Assembly (NCBI GenBank): GCA_963806225.1
Contig: CAWDXG010000004.1
Location: forward strand, 192,001 to 256,000
Length of the DNA: 64,000 nucleotides
Source of the DNA: an uncultured delta proteobacterium
Lineage (GTDB): Bacteria > Myxococcota_A > Polyangia > Polyangiales > Polyangiaceae
Reading direction: 5' to 3'
The position numbers and the translations under genes are program-made. Shown here piece after piece: positions 22,150 to 33,265 of the stretch. Within the stretch, counting starts at the first letter, position 1; the number at the start of each line of letters is the position of its first letter. The notes under the pieces were generated by a model. It made no database searches, had not been told where the DNA came from, and was given only the letters and a program-made list of their open reading frames with translations.

Positions 22150-23376
22150 ATGGCACCTCTGGACCTGCCCCACGTACGCGCGTCGTTTCCGTCCTTGTCC
22201 GGCGACTTCGTGTTCATGGACAACGCAGGCGGCTCGCAGTGCCTCGGAGCCGTCGCCGACGCGGTCAGGGACTACCTGCTCGACTGCAATGTGCAGCTCG
22301 GGGCGACCTATCCGGTCTCGGTCGAGGCATCCCGGCGCGTCCTTTCAGGTCGGCGGGCGATCGCCAGGCTCGTGGGTGCGGCCGACGACCGGCAGGTCGT
22401 GCTGGGCTCTTCCACCACGCAGCTCCTGGCCAACACCGCGCAGGCGCTTTCGGCCGACCTCCGGCCCGGCGACGAGATCGTCGTGACGAATGCGGACCAC
22501 GAAGCGAACGTCGGCGCGTTCAGACGGCTGGAACACCAGGGCGTGGTCGTCCGCGAGTGGGGCATCGACCTTGCCTCGCAAGAACTCCGCCTCCCGGACC
22601 TGGAACCGCTGCTTGGCCCGCGCACGCGACTGGTGTGCATGACCCACTGCTCGAACGTGCTCGGCACGATTCACGACGTACAGGCGGTGAGCCGGAGAGT
22701 GCATGCCGCAGGCGCGCGCCTCCTGGTCGACGGCGTGGCGTATGCGCCGCATCGCCGGGTGGACCCGGCTCTCTTCGGAGCCGACTACTACGTCTTCAGT
22801 CTCTACAAGGTCTACGGGCCGCACGTCGCGGCGCTCGTGGCGCCGCTAGGACACCTCGAGGAGTTGGCGAACATCAACCACGAGTTCCTGGCGCATGAAA
22901 CTCCCTACAAGCTCCAACCCGGCAACGTCTGCTACGAGCTCGTTGCTGCCCTGCCCGAAATCGAGAGCTACCTGCTCGAGCTAGGCGGAGGAGCAAAGAG
23001 CGGGACAGACGCCGCCGCACTGGACCGTGCGTTCACGGCCATCGCCGAGCACGAGGCGGCGCTTGCCGAGCGCCTGCTGGCGTTCCTCCGCGATCGAGAC
23101 GATCTCGATCTGCTTGGAAATCCGGGTTCTGATCCGGCACTACGGGTGCCGACCGTGAGCTTCGTGCCTCACGCCAAGACGCCCGAAGCGGTGACACGCG
23201 CCGTCGACGCGCATGGCATCGGCATCCGGCACGGCGACTTCTACGCGCGGCGCCTGATCGAAGTGCTCGGGCTGCAGGCGCGCGGGGGAGTCGTACGCGT
23301 CTCGATGGTGCACTACAACACGCTGGAGGAGGTGGATCGGGTGACCGCGGCGCTCGACGAGGCGCTCGCCGTGTAG
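22150..23376 (+). CDS. Class V PLP aminotransferase / cysteine desulfurase-like protein
   Basis: MDNAGGSQ, DHEAN, HCSNVLG, FSLYKVYGPH (PLP Lys), RVSMVHYN; GIRHGDFY lacks the usual catalytic Cys. Confidence 0.88.
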   Translation: MAPLDLPHVRASFPSLSGDFVFMDNAGGSQCLGAVADAVRDYLLDCNVQLGATYPVSVEASRRVLSGRRAIARLVGAADDRQVVLGSSTTQLLANTAQALSADLRPGDEIVVTNADHEANVGAFRRLEHQGVVVREWGIDLASQELRLPDLEPLLGPRTRLVCMTHCSNVLGTIHDVQAVSRRVHAAGARLLVDGVAYAPHRRVDPALFGADYYVFSLYKVYGPHVAALVAPLGHLEELANINHEFLAHETPYKLQPGNVCYELVAALPEIESYLLELGGGAKSGTDAAALDRAFTAIAEHEAALAERLLAFLRDRDDLDLLGNPGSDPALRVPTVSFVPHAKTPEAVTRAVDAHGIGIRHGDFYARRLIEVLGLQARGGVVRVSMVHYNTLEEVDRVTAALDEALAV

Positions 23377-23579
23377 CCACGGAGTGCCCGTCCACAACCG
23401 GGGCCGCCGCCCGCGGCCGGGAACACCGTTTCGACCTGAAAACAGGCAGCTATTCGCTGCGTCGCGCCGACCCCGGCGGCACCCGCTCCCGCCATGCGCT
23501 ACTGCTGGTCGATTCCATCCTGCGCGACAACTACACTGGGTAATCCTACGGACCGATTTAGGTAGCCCGGTACAGCTGC

Positions 23580-25232
<1,653 letters not shown>

Positions 25233-25354
25233 CCGGGATCGGGCGGGCGGGAGCCGGCCCATCAGCGCGGGGCCCCTCCAGCTCTTCGCGCTGATCTCCG
25301 GTCGTCGCCGTATGCCATCGAAATGATGGAGGGTCCGCGCTAGGCTCCGCCGCC

Positions 25355-27229
25355 GTGAGCCGCTTCCGCGCCACCGCTCCCCCGCCCTCGCCGCACGATC
25401 TCAATCCGCGCAGCGATCCGCCGCTGGACTTCCCGGTGCGCGCGCTGGGCGAGCTTTCGCCCGACGACTACGCGACGCTGGGTTTTCTGTGCGGGCTGGA
25501 GGTGCACCAGCAGCTTCTGACCGAGCGCAAGCTGTTCTGCCGCTGCCCGGCCGGCCGCAACACGACACGCGTCGACATGGAGGTGCTGCGCCACATGCGG
25601 CCGACGCTGAGCGAGATGGGGCAGTACGACGGCTGCGCGCTGATGGAGTTCAAGACAAAGAAGGAGATCGTCTACCTGCTGGAGCGTGAGAGTGTGTGCA
25701 CGTACGAGATGGACGACACGCCGCCGTTCGAGATCGACGAGCAGGCGGTGAAGATCGCGCTCGAGGTCTCGAGCCTGCTGGGGCTGAATCTCGTGAACGA
25801 GCTGCATGTGATGCGCAAGCAGTACCTCGACGGATCCATCCCGACCGGCTTCCAGCGCACGGCCATGGTGGGAGTCGACAGCGTGCTGCCATTTCCCGGG
25901 AGCGAGCTCGGCGCCGATCGCAGCCTGCGCGTACGGCAGCTCACGCTGGAGGAGGATTCGTGCCGCGAGGTGAGCGACGTGGGCCACCGCATCGAGTTCC
26001 GCACCGACCGGCTGGGCATGCCGCTGATCGAGACCGTAACCGAGCCGGATCTGCTCACGCCGCGCGACGCCGCCGCCGGTGGGCGGCTGCTGGCGGAAGT
26101 GGCGCGCGCGAGCGGCAAGGTGCGACGTGGCCCGGGCGCCGCGCGGCAGGACGTGAACGTCAGCGTAGCGGGCGGCCGGCGTGTCGAGATCAAGGGCGTG
26201 CCGAGCCATCGGCTGATTCCGACACTGGTGCACAACGAGGCCTACCGGCAGCTGGAACTGCTCCGGCTCCGGGACGCGCTGCAGAGGCGCGGCGCCGCGC
26301 CGGACGCGCTGTCGCTCGGCGACGTCGAGTGGGCGTGGGAGTCGCCACTGGTGGAGGTACTGGAGCGCGGCGACGGCGAACGCACGGTCCGCGTGCGACT
26401 GCCAGGCTTCGATGGGCTGCTCGGACATCGCACGCAGCCCGGGCTTGGCTTCTTCCACGAGATCGCCGAGCGCGTGCGGGTCATCGCATGTCTGGAGCAC
26501 TCGGCGCTGGGGGCCGACGATGCAACCGGCACGGTGACGGTGCACGGGCCGGACGACGAGGTGGATACGGCGGCGCGCGAAATCGTGGCGCGCGCGCGCG
26601 AAGCCTTCGTTGGCGTGCCCAGCGAGACGCGGCAGGGTCACGCTGACGGCACCACCGGCTTCGAGCGCATCCTGCCTGGCGCCGAGCGCATGTATCCGGA
26701 CACCGACACGCCGCCCGTGCCGATCCCCGACGCCTGGTTGCGCGAAATCGAGGCGCGGCTGCCCGAGCGCCCGTGGCAGCGGCTCGAGCGCTACGAAAAG
26801 CTCGGGATACCGGCCGAGCGCGCAGCGCGCCTGGCGCGGGCGCCCTGGGCGGCGCTGTTCGACGCGCTCGGCGGCGGGCCGGAGCTGGCCCGTGCGCTGG
26901 AGCGCACGCTGCCGCGCATGCGCACCGTCCCCGACGTCGCGCTGCTCGAGCCGCTGCTCGGGCTGCCGGCATTTGCGCTCGAGCCGGCGATCCTACGCGT
27001 CCTGCGCGGCGAGGCGCCGGGCGACGTCGTGGCAGCGCTTTCGAGCAGTGTCGGCACCCAGCAACTCGAACAACGCATCGGCGAGGTGGTGGCGGCGCGC
27101 AACGAGGCGCAGACGCGCGATCCCCAGGCGCTCCTGCGTTGGGCGATGGGGCGCGCGCTGGAGGATCTGCGCGGCCTGGTCGATCCGCGCGTCGCGCGCG
27201 AGCGCCTCCAGGCGGAGCTCGGAACATGA
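25355..27229 (+). CDS. gatE: Glu-tRNA(Gln) amidotransferase subunit E (GatE)
   Basis: GLEVHQQL, KLFCRCP, RPTLSEMG, MRKQYLDGSIPTGFQRT, LEEDS, DRLGMPLIE, RRGPGAARQDVNVS, RVEIKGV, GVPSETR, LPGAERMYPDTD: the GatE rather than GatB motif set. Confidence 0.9.
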   Translation: MSRFRATAPPPSPHDLNPRSDPPLDFPVRALGELSPDDYATLGFLCGLEVHQQLLTERKLFCRCPAGRNTTRVDMEVLRHMRPTLSEMGQYDGCALMEFKTKKEIVYLLERESVCTYEMDDTPPFEIDEQAVKIALEVSSLLGLNLVNELHVMRKQYLDGSIPTGFQRTAMVGVDSVLPFPGSELGADRSLRVRQLTLEEDSCREVSDVGHRIEFRTDRLGMPLIETVTEPDLLTPRDAAAGGRLLAEVARASGKVRRGPGAARQDVNVSVAGGRRVEIKGVPSHRLIPTLVHNEAYRQLELLRLRDALQRRGAAPDALSLGDVEWAWESPLVEVLERGDGERTVRVRLPGFDGLLGHRTQPGLGFFHEIAERVRVIACLEHSALGADDATGTVTVHGPDDEVDTAAREIVARAREAFVGVPSETRQGHADGTTGFERILPGAERMYPDTDTPPVPIPDAWLREIEARLPERPWQRLERYEKLGIPAERAARLARAPWAALFDALGGGPELARALERTLPRMRTVPDVALLEPLLGLPAFALEPAILRVLRGEAPGDVVAALSSSVGTQQLEQRIGEVVAARNEAQTRDPQALLRWAMGRALEDLRGLVDPRVARERLQAELGT

Positions 27230-28623
27230 ACGACGACAGCGACGATCTGTACAAAGGCTACCGCGAGCCGCTGCGCGCGCTGATGCAGCGCTTCGGCGTG
27301 ACGGTGTGGTGCGACGCGATCGTCACGACCGACCGCGGCCGCTTCGAGGGGCTGATCCTGCCGCGCTCGGAAACGAGCGACGAGAAGCACCTCGTCCTGA
27401 AGCTGTGGACCGGTTACAACGTCGGCGTCCGCTTCGACCGCATCACGTCGATCGAGAAGACCGGCTTCCGCCGCGCCGAGTACCGGATCCCGGAAGGCGA
27501 GTTCCCGGTCGACCCGGACAAGCCGCGCGTGATCCTGTTCGGCACGGGCGGCACCATCGCCTCGCGGCTCGACTACCGCACGGGCGCGGTGATTCCGGCG
27601 TTCAGTCCCGGCGAGCTGTACGGCTCGGTGCCCGAGCTCGGCGACGTCTGCAACATCGAGACCGAGAAGCTGTTCGGCGTGTTCAGCGAGAACATGGGGC
27701 GTGACGAGTACCTGACGCTGGCCGAGCGCATCGGGCAGGCCATCAAGGACGGCTACGACGGCGTGGTCGTCGGCCACGGTACGGACACCATGCACCACAC
27801 CGCCGCGGCGCTCACCTACATGGTGCAGGATCCGCCAGTGCCGATCGTGATGGTCGGCAGCCAGCGCTCGAGCGATCGACCGTCGTCGGACGCTGCATTG
27901 AACCTGATCCGCGCTTCCTGGGCGGCGGCACACGGGCCCATCGCGGAGCTGATGGTGTGCATGTTTGGGCCGACCTCGGACCGCTACAACCTCTTGCACC
28001 GCGGTACGCGCGTCCGGAAGATGCACAGCTCCTTCCGTAGCACGTTCCGAACGCTGAGCGACATCCCGCTCGCGATCGTGGACAAGGGCCGGCTAGAGCC
28101 GCTCAAGACGCGCTACGCGCCGCGGCGCCAGGACCGCGACGTAACCGTCCGCGCGGCCTTCGACGAGCACGTCACCATCCTCTACTACTACCCGAACATG
28201 CAGCCCGACATCATCGACGCGCTGGTCGACAAGGGCTACCGCGGCATCGTGATCGCCGGCACCGGGCTCGGGCACGTCAACCGCAAGGTCTACCCCGCGC
28301 TCGCGCGCGCCAACGCCGCCGGCGTGCAGCTCTACATGACGCTACAGACATTGTGGGGCTTCGTGCAGATGAACGTGTACGAGACGGGGCGCGAGATCCA
28401 GCAGCTGGGCGTGGTGCCGCTCGCCAACATGCTGCCCGAGGTCGCGTACATCAAGCTGGCCTGGGCGCTGGGCCTGCACCCCGACGATCCCGACGCCGTG
28501 CGCGCGCTCATGACGACACCGACAAGCGACGACATGACCGACCGCGAGCCGCCCGACGGCTATCTCGTCTTCCAGGGCGGCGTGCCGGAGATACAGGAGT
28601 TTTTGGGACGGATCTGGTCGTAG
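27226..28623 (+). CDS. gatD: Glu-tRNA(Gln) amidotransferase subunit D (GatD)
   Basis: GatD N-domain (FEGLILPR...HLVLKLWTGYNVG), TGGTIASRLDYRTGAV, HGTDTM, GSQRSSDRPSSD, HRGTRVRKMHS, GTGLGH, NVYETGR, MLPEVAYIKLAW; ATGA overlap with the gatE stop. Confidence 0.92.
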   Translation: MNDDSDDLYKGYREPLRALMQRFGVTVWCDAIVTTDRGRFEGLILPRSETSDEKHLVLKLWTGYNVGVRFDRITSIEKTGFRRAEYRIPEGEFPVDPDKPRVILFGTGGTIASRLDYRTGAVIPAFSPGELYGSVPELGDVCNIETEKLFGVFSENMGRDEYLTLAERIGQAIKDGYDGVVVGHGTDTMHHTAAALTYMVQDPPVPIVMVGSQRSSDRPSSDAALNLIRASWAAAHGPIAELMVCMFGPTSDRYNLLHRGTRVRKMHSSFRSTFRTLSDIPLAIVDKGRLEPLKTRYAPRRQDRDVTVRAAFDEHVTILYYYPNMQPDIIDALVDKGYRGIVIAGTGLGHVNRKVYPALARANAAGVQLYMTLQTLWGFVQMNVYETGREIQQLGVVPLANMLPEVAYIKLAWALGLHPDDPDAVRALMTTPTSDDMTDREPPDGYLVFQGGVPEIQEFLGRIWS

Positions 28624-28684
28624 GAGCTCGGCTGGAAGAATGTAGGCCCCGGGTCAACCGCCGGGCGCGCAGGTCCAGCCGGAG

Positions 28685-29371
28685 CTATGGGCGTGTTCCC
28701 TCGAAATGATAGTCGAGGTCGCCGTTCATGGTCTGACCGGCAGCGTTGACTTCCAGGTCGAGGTGCATGTCGAAGACCAGCCGGCTGCCGTTGAAGGTGG
28801 CGGTCCCCTTGTCGAGCGTGGCGGTCATGGCGCTCTGGCTCTGCTGGTCGAAGCAGTGCTGGCCGGAGTTGAGCTGGGCGGTGTTGCCGCTCAGGGTGCC
28901 TTCAAGCTTGCAGATGAGCTTGCCGGTCTTGCTGTCGAGCAGCGAGAACTCCAGCGTGCCGCCGCCCTGGTCGGCCACGTCCAGCTTGGCGTTGGGGTCC
29001 TTCTGCGGCCGCGCGGGCATGTTGCCGATGTGGAAGGTCGTCACGTCCTCGCCAGTGTAGTGGCCGGCGAACACCACTGCGGGCTTCGCGGGCGCGGCGG
29101 CTTCCTGTGCCGCGTCGTCCCCGCCGGCATCCGGCTCCTCGCTTTCCGCAGCGGAGGCTTCCACGGACGCATCGGCGGCATCCGCCGCGCCGGCGTCCTG
29201 CTCCGAGCCCGCCGCGGCATCGGCAGCGGACGATGCCGAAGGAGCTCGATGCCGCTCCGGCGCCTTCACCGTGGATGCGGCGAGCGGCCCGCGCCCGAGC
29301 GGCACCGTGCTCGGTAGAGCGGGCGCACAGCTCACCGCAAGCACCGCCATCATCCAGAACCGCTTCCGCAT
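28685..29371 (-). CDS. Hypothetical lipoprotein
   Basis: Lipobox LAVSC, acidic/Ala linker, beta-rich C-terminal domain. Confidence 0.65.
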   Translation of the reverse strand: MRKRFWMMAVLAVSCAPALPSTVPLGRGPLAASTVKAPERHRAPSASSAADAAAGSEQDAGAADAADASVEASAAESEEPDAGGDDAAQEAAAPAKPAVVFAGHYTGEDVTTFHIGNMPARPQKDPNAKLDVADQGGGTLEFSLLDSKTGKLICKLEGTLSGNTAQLNSGQHCFDQQSQSAMTATLDKGTATFNGSRLVFDMHLDLEVNAAGQTMNGDLDYHFEGTRP

Positions 29372-29448
29372 CGGCATCGGTAGACCACAGTCCGGCGCCC
29401 CGGGCAAACCGCGCGGCCCTGGTGGCGGCAGCGTGATACGATTGCGGA

Positions 29449-30411
29449 ATGGCACGGCGCAGAGTCCTGAAGCTCCTGGCACTCCTCGCCGCGGCTGCTC
29501 TGGTCGAGAGCGCCTGCTCGGGCAAGACCTCTGGCGTCGCATCGGGCGCCAACGTCTACGTCGGCGGCTCCGGCGGCTCGGGCGGGTCGGCCGTCGGCGA
29601 CGCTTCGCCCTGGCCCGACGCTCACGGACCCGGCACGGGGGGCGCCACCGGAGGCACGGGTGGCGGCGCTGCCGCCGGCGGCACGGGCACAGGCGGCTCG
29701 GCTGCGGGCGGTTCGGGCACGGGCGGCGCCTGCACGGCCGAGCTCTGCAATAACCTCGACGACGACTGCAACGGCCTCGTCGACGACAACCTCAGCCGAT
29801 TCTGCAGCAGCTCGTGCGGCAGCGGCACCCAGACCTGCAGCGCCGGAAAGTGGGGAGCGTGCAGCGCCATGCAGCCCCTGAGCTGCATGGACTACTCGGC
29901 CTGCAAGATGTCAGAGCAGTGCGTGGCGAGCTGCCCCGGCGCGCCGTCCGAGACCTGCAACCTTGCCGACGACAACTGCAACGGCAAGTGCGACGAGAAC
30001 GCCGGCTGCCGCACTGGCGTGTACCGGTCGTACAACAGCTCGACGGGCGAGCACTTCTACACGACCAGCTCGACCGAGGCCGCCTGCTGCGGGTTCAAGG
30101 TCGAGTTTCCCAACTACTACTACCTGTACAAGTCACCGGCCTCCGGACTGGTGCCGTTCTACCGCTGCCGGCTCGCCAGCGGGAAGCACTTCTACACGAC
30201 CAGCAGCAGCTGCGAGGGCGCCGCCGGCAGCACCAAGGAAGGCACGCTCGGCTACATTGGCAAGAGCGCAACCTGCGGCGCCGTGCCGCTCTACCGCCTG
30301 TCGATGTCCGGCGATCACTTCTACACGACCAGCTCGTCCGAACGGCAGAAGGCCATCAGCGGGGGCTACAAGGACGAGGGCATTGCGGGCTACGTGTGGA
30401 AGGCGCCCTGA
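29449..30411 (+). CDS. Lipoprotein with Gly-rich linker, Cys-rich repeats and triple HFYTT (DUF5648-like) domain
   Basis: Lipobox ESAC; AELCNNLDDDCNGLVD-type repeats; three HFYTTS repeats. Confidence 0.75.
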   Translation: MARRRVLKLLALLAAAALVESACSGKTSGVASGANVYVGGSGGSGGSAVGDASPWPDAHGPGTGGATGGTGGGAAAGGTGTGGSAAGGSGTGGACTAELCNNLDDDCNGLVDDNLSRFCSSSCGSGTQTCSAGKWGACSAMQPLSCMDYSACKMSEQCVASCPGAPSETCNLADDNCNGKCDENAGCRTGVYRSYNSSTGEHFYTTSSTEAACCGFKVEFPNYYYLYKSPASGLVPFYRCRLASGKHFYTTSSSCEGAAGSTKEGTLGYIGKSATCGAVPLYRLSMSGDHFYTTSSSERQKAISGGYKDEGIAGYVWKAP

Positions 30412-30426
30412 TCCGCCACGCATCGA

Positions 30427-31365
30427 TCAGCGCGTGCCGCCGGCCGCGCTGCGACAGCAGCGGAAGCCTGTGGAGTAGTCGTGGTACGTCGGGCCGTGAC
30501 CGATCGTGATGAATCGGCAGCCCTGGCCGTGCTGGCTACCCGTGCTGAAGAAGCCGCCCATGAAGATGCCGTGACCGGTGTCGGCCGCCAGCCGCGCGCG
30601 GATCCCGGCGCGCAGCGGGATCTTCAGAGGCAGCGAGCGATCGACGCTATCGCTTACCCACTCGTGCAAGTTGCCGACCATGTCGAAAGCGCCGTAGTCG
30701 TTGGTGCAGCCGGAGTACGCGCCGGTCTTCGCCAGAAACCCCGGTTCGCGGTCGAGCTCGGGGTTGTTGAAGTCCTGGGCGTAGCGCCACCTGAGCGGAT
30801 TGGTCCCCGCCAGCCGTGACAGCAGGTGCGGCTTGTCGACGTTGCAGCGCTTCCTGTCGAAGCTCGCTCCGTACGGATAGGTCGTGTGCTGGGGCCCCTC
30901 GCAGGCCGCGTACCACTCGCCGAGCGTGCACAGCCGCTTGCCAGCGTTCTCGCAGGCGGCGCGCGCCTCGAGACGGCTGATGTAGGCCTGCGGGCGCACG
31001 CCCGGCAGCGAACGGGCCTGGTAGTCGATGTCGTGCAGTGGTCGCTCCGATGGATCGTGGAGCTTGCCGTAGGGATCGACGAGCGAGTCCTCCCAGCGGT
31101 CGATGCAGACCTCGTCGACGCGGGTCATCTCCTGGGGACAGCCGTCGTGAAGCGCGGGATCGATGGGGGCCGGCCTGGCCGTCGGGACCGCCATTGCGCG
31201 CTTCGCGGGCGTCGAGGTGGCGGCGCTCGCCACAGCGGGCGCGCGCGTGCGGGCGGGGGCCGAGCCGGAGTGAGCCTTTGCGGATCTGCACCCTGCGAGC
31301 GCCGACGCGAGCAGAAACGGGGCCCCGGGCAGAGCCAGGCAGCAGCGGTGCGCTCGATGCGCCAC
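30427..31365 (-). CDS. Formylglycine-generating enzyme (SUMF1/FGE-sulfatase) domain lipoprotein
   Basis: CIDRWE, GKRLCTLGEW, YPYG, GAFDMVGNLHEWV, TGFRCC; start codon uncertain. Confidence 0.85.
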   Translation of the reverse strand: MAHRAHRCCLALPGAPFLLASALAGCRSAKAHSGSAPARTRAPAVASAATSTPAKRAMAVPTARPAPIDPALHDGCPQEMTRVDEVCIDRWEDSLVDPYGKLHDPSERPLHDIDYQARSLPGVRPQAYISRLEARAACENAGKRLCTLGEWYAACEGPQHTTYPYGASFDRKRCNVDKPHLLSRLAGTNPLRWRYAQDFNNPELDREPGFLAKTGAYSGCTNDYGAFDMVGNLHEWVSDSVDRSLPLKIPLRAGIRARLAADTGHGIFMGGFFSTGSQHGQGCRFITIGHGPTYHDYSTGFRCCRSAAGGTR

Positions 31366-31426
31366 TCCTCCAGGGTAGCTGTGCGCGGGCGACAGCGCCA
31401 CGTGCGCTGCCTGCTACGCTCCGCGC

Positions 31427-32035
31427 GTGCACTCCGCGCTCCGCACTGAACGTGAGCCCCTCGCCGGCGACAGCTGGATCCATCACGATCCGGCCTGGCT
31501 CGGCGCGGGCGAGGCCGACCGTTTGCTGGCCCGGCTGCGGAGCGAGCTCCTCTGGGAGCAGCGCGAGATCGAGCTGTTCGGGCGGCGCATCCTGCAGCCG
31601 CGCTTGATCGCGTGGGGCGGCGAGCTGCCCTACCGCTACTCCGGCCAGAGTCTGGAGCCGCGCGCGCTGCCGCCATTCCTGACCGAGCTGATGGAACAGA
31701 TCGGCAGAGCCAGCGGCACGCGCTTCAACCACGTGCTGGCCAATCGCTACCGCGACGGCAACGACAGCATGGGGCTGCATTCGGACAACGAGCCCGAGCT
31801 GGAAACGGACCCGGTGGTCGCCAGCTTGTCGCTGGGCGACGCCCGACGCTTCGTGCTGCGGCCGAAGAAGAAGAGCAGCGGCACGCCGCGCGAGCTCTCG
31901 CTCGTCCACGGCGCACTGCTGGTGATGGGCGGCGCCTGCCAGCGCCGCTACCGGCACGGCGTGCCGCGCACCCAGCGCCCCGTCGGCGAGCGCATCAGCC
32001 TGACGTTCCGGTTTCTGCTCCGCGCGCCGCACTGA
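31427..32035 (+). CDS. AlkB family 2OG-Fe(II) dioxygenase (ALKBH2/3-like)
   Basis: NRYRDGNDSMGLHSD (HxD), SLSLG, HGVP, RISLTFR. Confidence 0.92.
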   Translation: MHSALRTEREPLAGDSWIHHDPAWLGAGEADRLLARLRSELLWEQREIELFGRRILQPRLIAWGGELPYRYSGQSLEPRALPPFLTELMEQIGRASGTRFNHVLANRYRDGNDSMGLHSDNEPELETDPVVASLSLGDARRFVLRPKKKSSGTPRELSLVHGALLVMGGACQRRYRHGVPRTQRPVGERISLTFRFLLRAPH

Positions 32036-32095
32036 GGGCGCACCGAGGCCGGTCCGGGTCGGGCGCGCCGGGCGGCCAGCGCCGACCGCACCGAC

Positions 32096-32650
32096 TCAGC
32101 GGCGACGACGCGCGCGAGCGGGCACGGCGACGCCGCGCCGCTGTAGCGCGGCCAGCGCCCGGGCCAAAAGCGTGAACACGAACGTGCCGCCCGGGACATA
32201 GCGCGACGGCTGTGCCTCGAGCCGGTGCAGGTAGTCCGCGGGGAGTCCATTCTCGCGCGCGCCCTCGCACAGCAGCTCGAGATAGCGCCTGGACGGCACG
32301 AGTCCAGGCACGGGGCTGCGACTCGCGTACGCGGCCGCGCGAACGGGGCCGCTGTTGCGGCCGATGACCTCTACGTCGAGCAGCTGGTAGCCCGGGCTCT
32401 CGGTGCTGTCGATCAGGGCGAACGCAGTCTCGGGGAGCTGCAGCAGCACGCCGTGGACGTCATGGCCGCGCGCCGCTTCGATACTGGCGAACGCCGGCTC
32501 GAAGAACGGGAAGCCCCTCTCCGCGAACGTCAGGCGATAGTCCGGCAGCCGCGCCGGCTCGCGTGAGAGCGCTGTCACGCGCCGGGCAGACCGCACGCGC
32601 GCGCACATGTTCGCCCCGAACGCGAAGTACCAGACGGGCTCGTCGCTCAT
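32096..32650 (-). CDS. Gamma-glutamylcyclotransferase family protein
   Basis: WYFAFGANM, VHGVL, PSRRYLELLCEGARENGLPADY. Confidence 0.85.
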   Translation of the reverse strand: MSDEPVWYFAFGANMCARVRSARRVTALSREPARLPDYRLTFAERGFPFFEPAFASIEAARGHDVHGVLLQLPETAFALIDSTESPGYQLLDVEVIGRNSGPVRAAAYASRSPVPGLVPSRRYLELLCEGARENGLPADYLHRLEAQPSRYVPGGTFVFTLLARALAALQRRGVAVPARARRRR

Positions 32651-32728
32651 GCGCACCGGCCACAATAGCCCAGATCTGCCCATTTCCACGGCCTCGCCCA
32701 CGGCCGGGAGCTGCGATAGGCTTCCGCC

Positions 32729-33265
32729 ATGTCCGACGACAGGAACTTCAAGGTACTGACGGCGGTCGGCCATGACCGTCCGGGGCTGGTGAGCGGCATC
32801 TCCGAGCTGATCCACTCTTCGGGCGCGAACCTGGAAGACAGCCGCATGGCAATCCTCGGCGGCGAGTTCGCGCTGGTCCTCTTGTTCTCCGGAACGGCGG
32901 ACGCCGTGACCAAGGTCGTCGAGGGCGCGCAGACCATGGGCGACAGGCTCGGGCTCGAGATCGGCGTCAAGGACACCAAGCACGCCCGCGGCGCGCGCGA
33001 CATCCTGCGCTACCGCCTCCGGGTGACCGGCCTCGATCATCCGGGTATCGTCCACACCATCACCGGCGCTCTGTCACAACGCGAGGTCAACGTCGCGTCG
33101 CTCCAGTCGCGTGTGGTCCACCTGCCGCTCAGCGGGACCCCGAACTTCGAGCTTGAAGTCGAGGTGGAGGTGCCGCCGAGCCTGTCCATCCCCGAACTGG
33201 AAGAGACCATCAGAGCGGTCTGTGCACGGGAGAACCTCGAGTTCAACTTCGAGCCCAGCACGTGA
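32729..33265 (+). CDS. Glycine cleavage system regulator GcvR-like (two ACT domains)
   Basis: TAVGHDRPGLV...NLEDSRMAILGGEFA; second ACT GLDHPGIV. Confidence 0.88.
   Translation: MSDDRNFKVLTAVGHDRPGLVSGISELIHSSGANLEDSRMAILGGEFALVLLFSGTADAVTKVVEGAQTMGDRLGLEIGVKDTKHARGARDILRYRLRVTGLDHPGIVHTITGALSQREVNVASLQSRVVHLPLSGTPNFELEVEVEVPPSLSIPELEETIRAVCARENLEFNFEPST

Noticed and set aside
26773..27225. N-terminal extension of GatD
   Set aside because: Out-of-frame overlap with gatE; ATG 27226 gives an ATGA coupling and the GatD N-domain.
25355..28623. Ordinary GatB plus L-asparaginase
   Set aside because: No GatB NYFYPD motif, no gatA/gatC nearby, and the second protein has GatD-specific N-domain and DYRTGAV / SSDRPSSD motifs.
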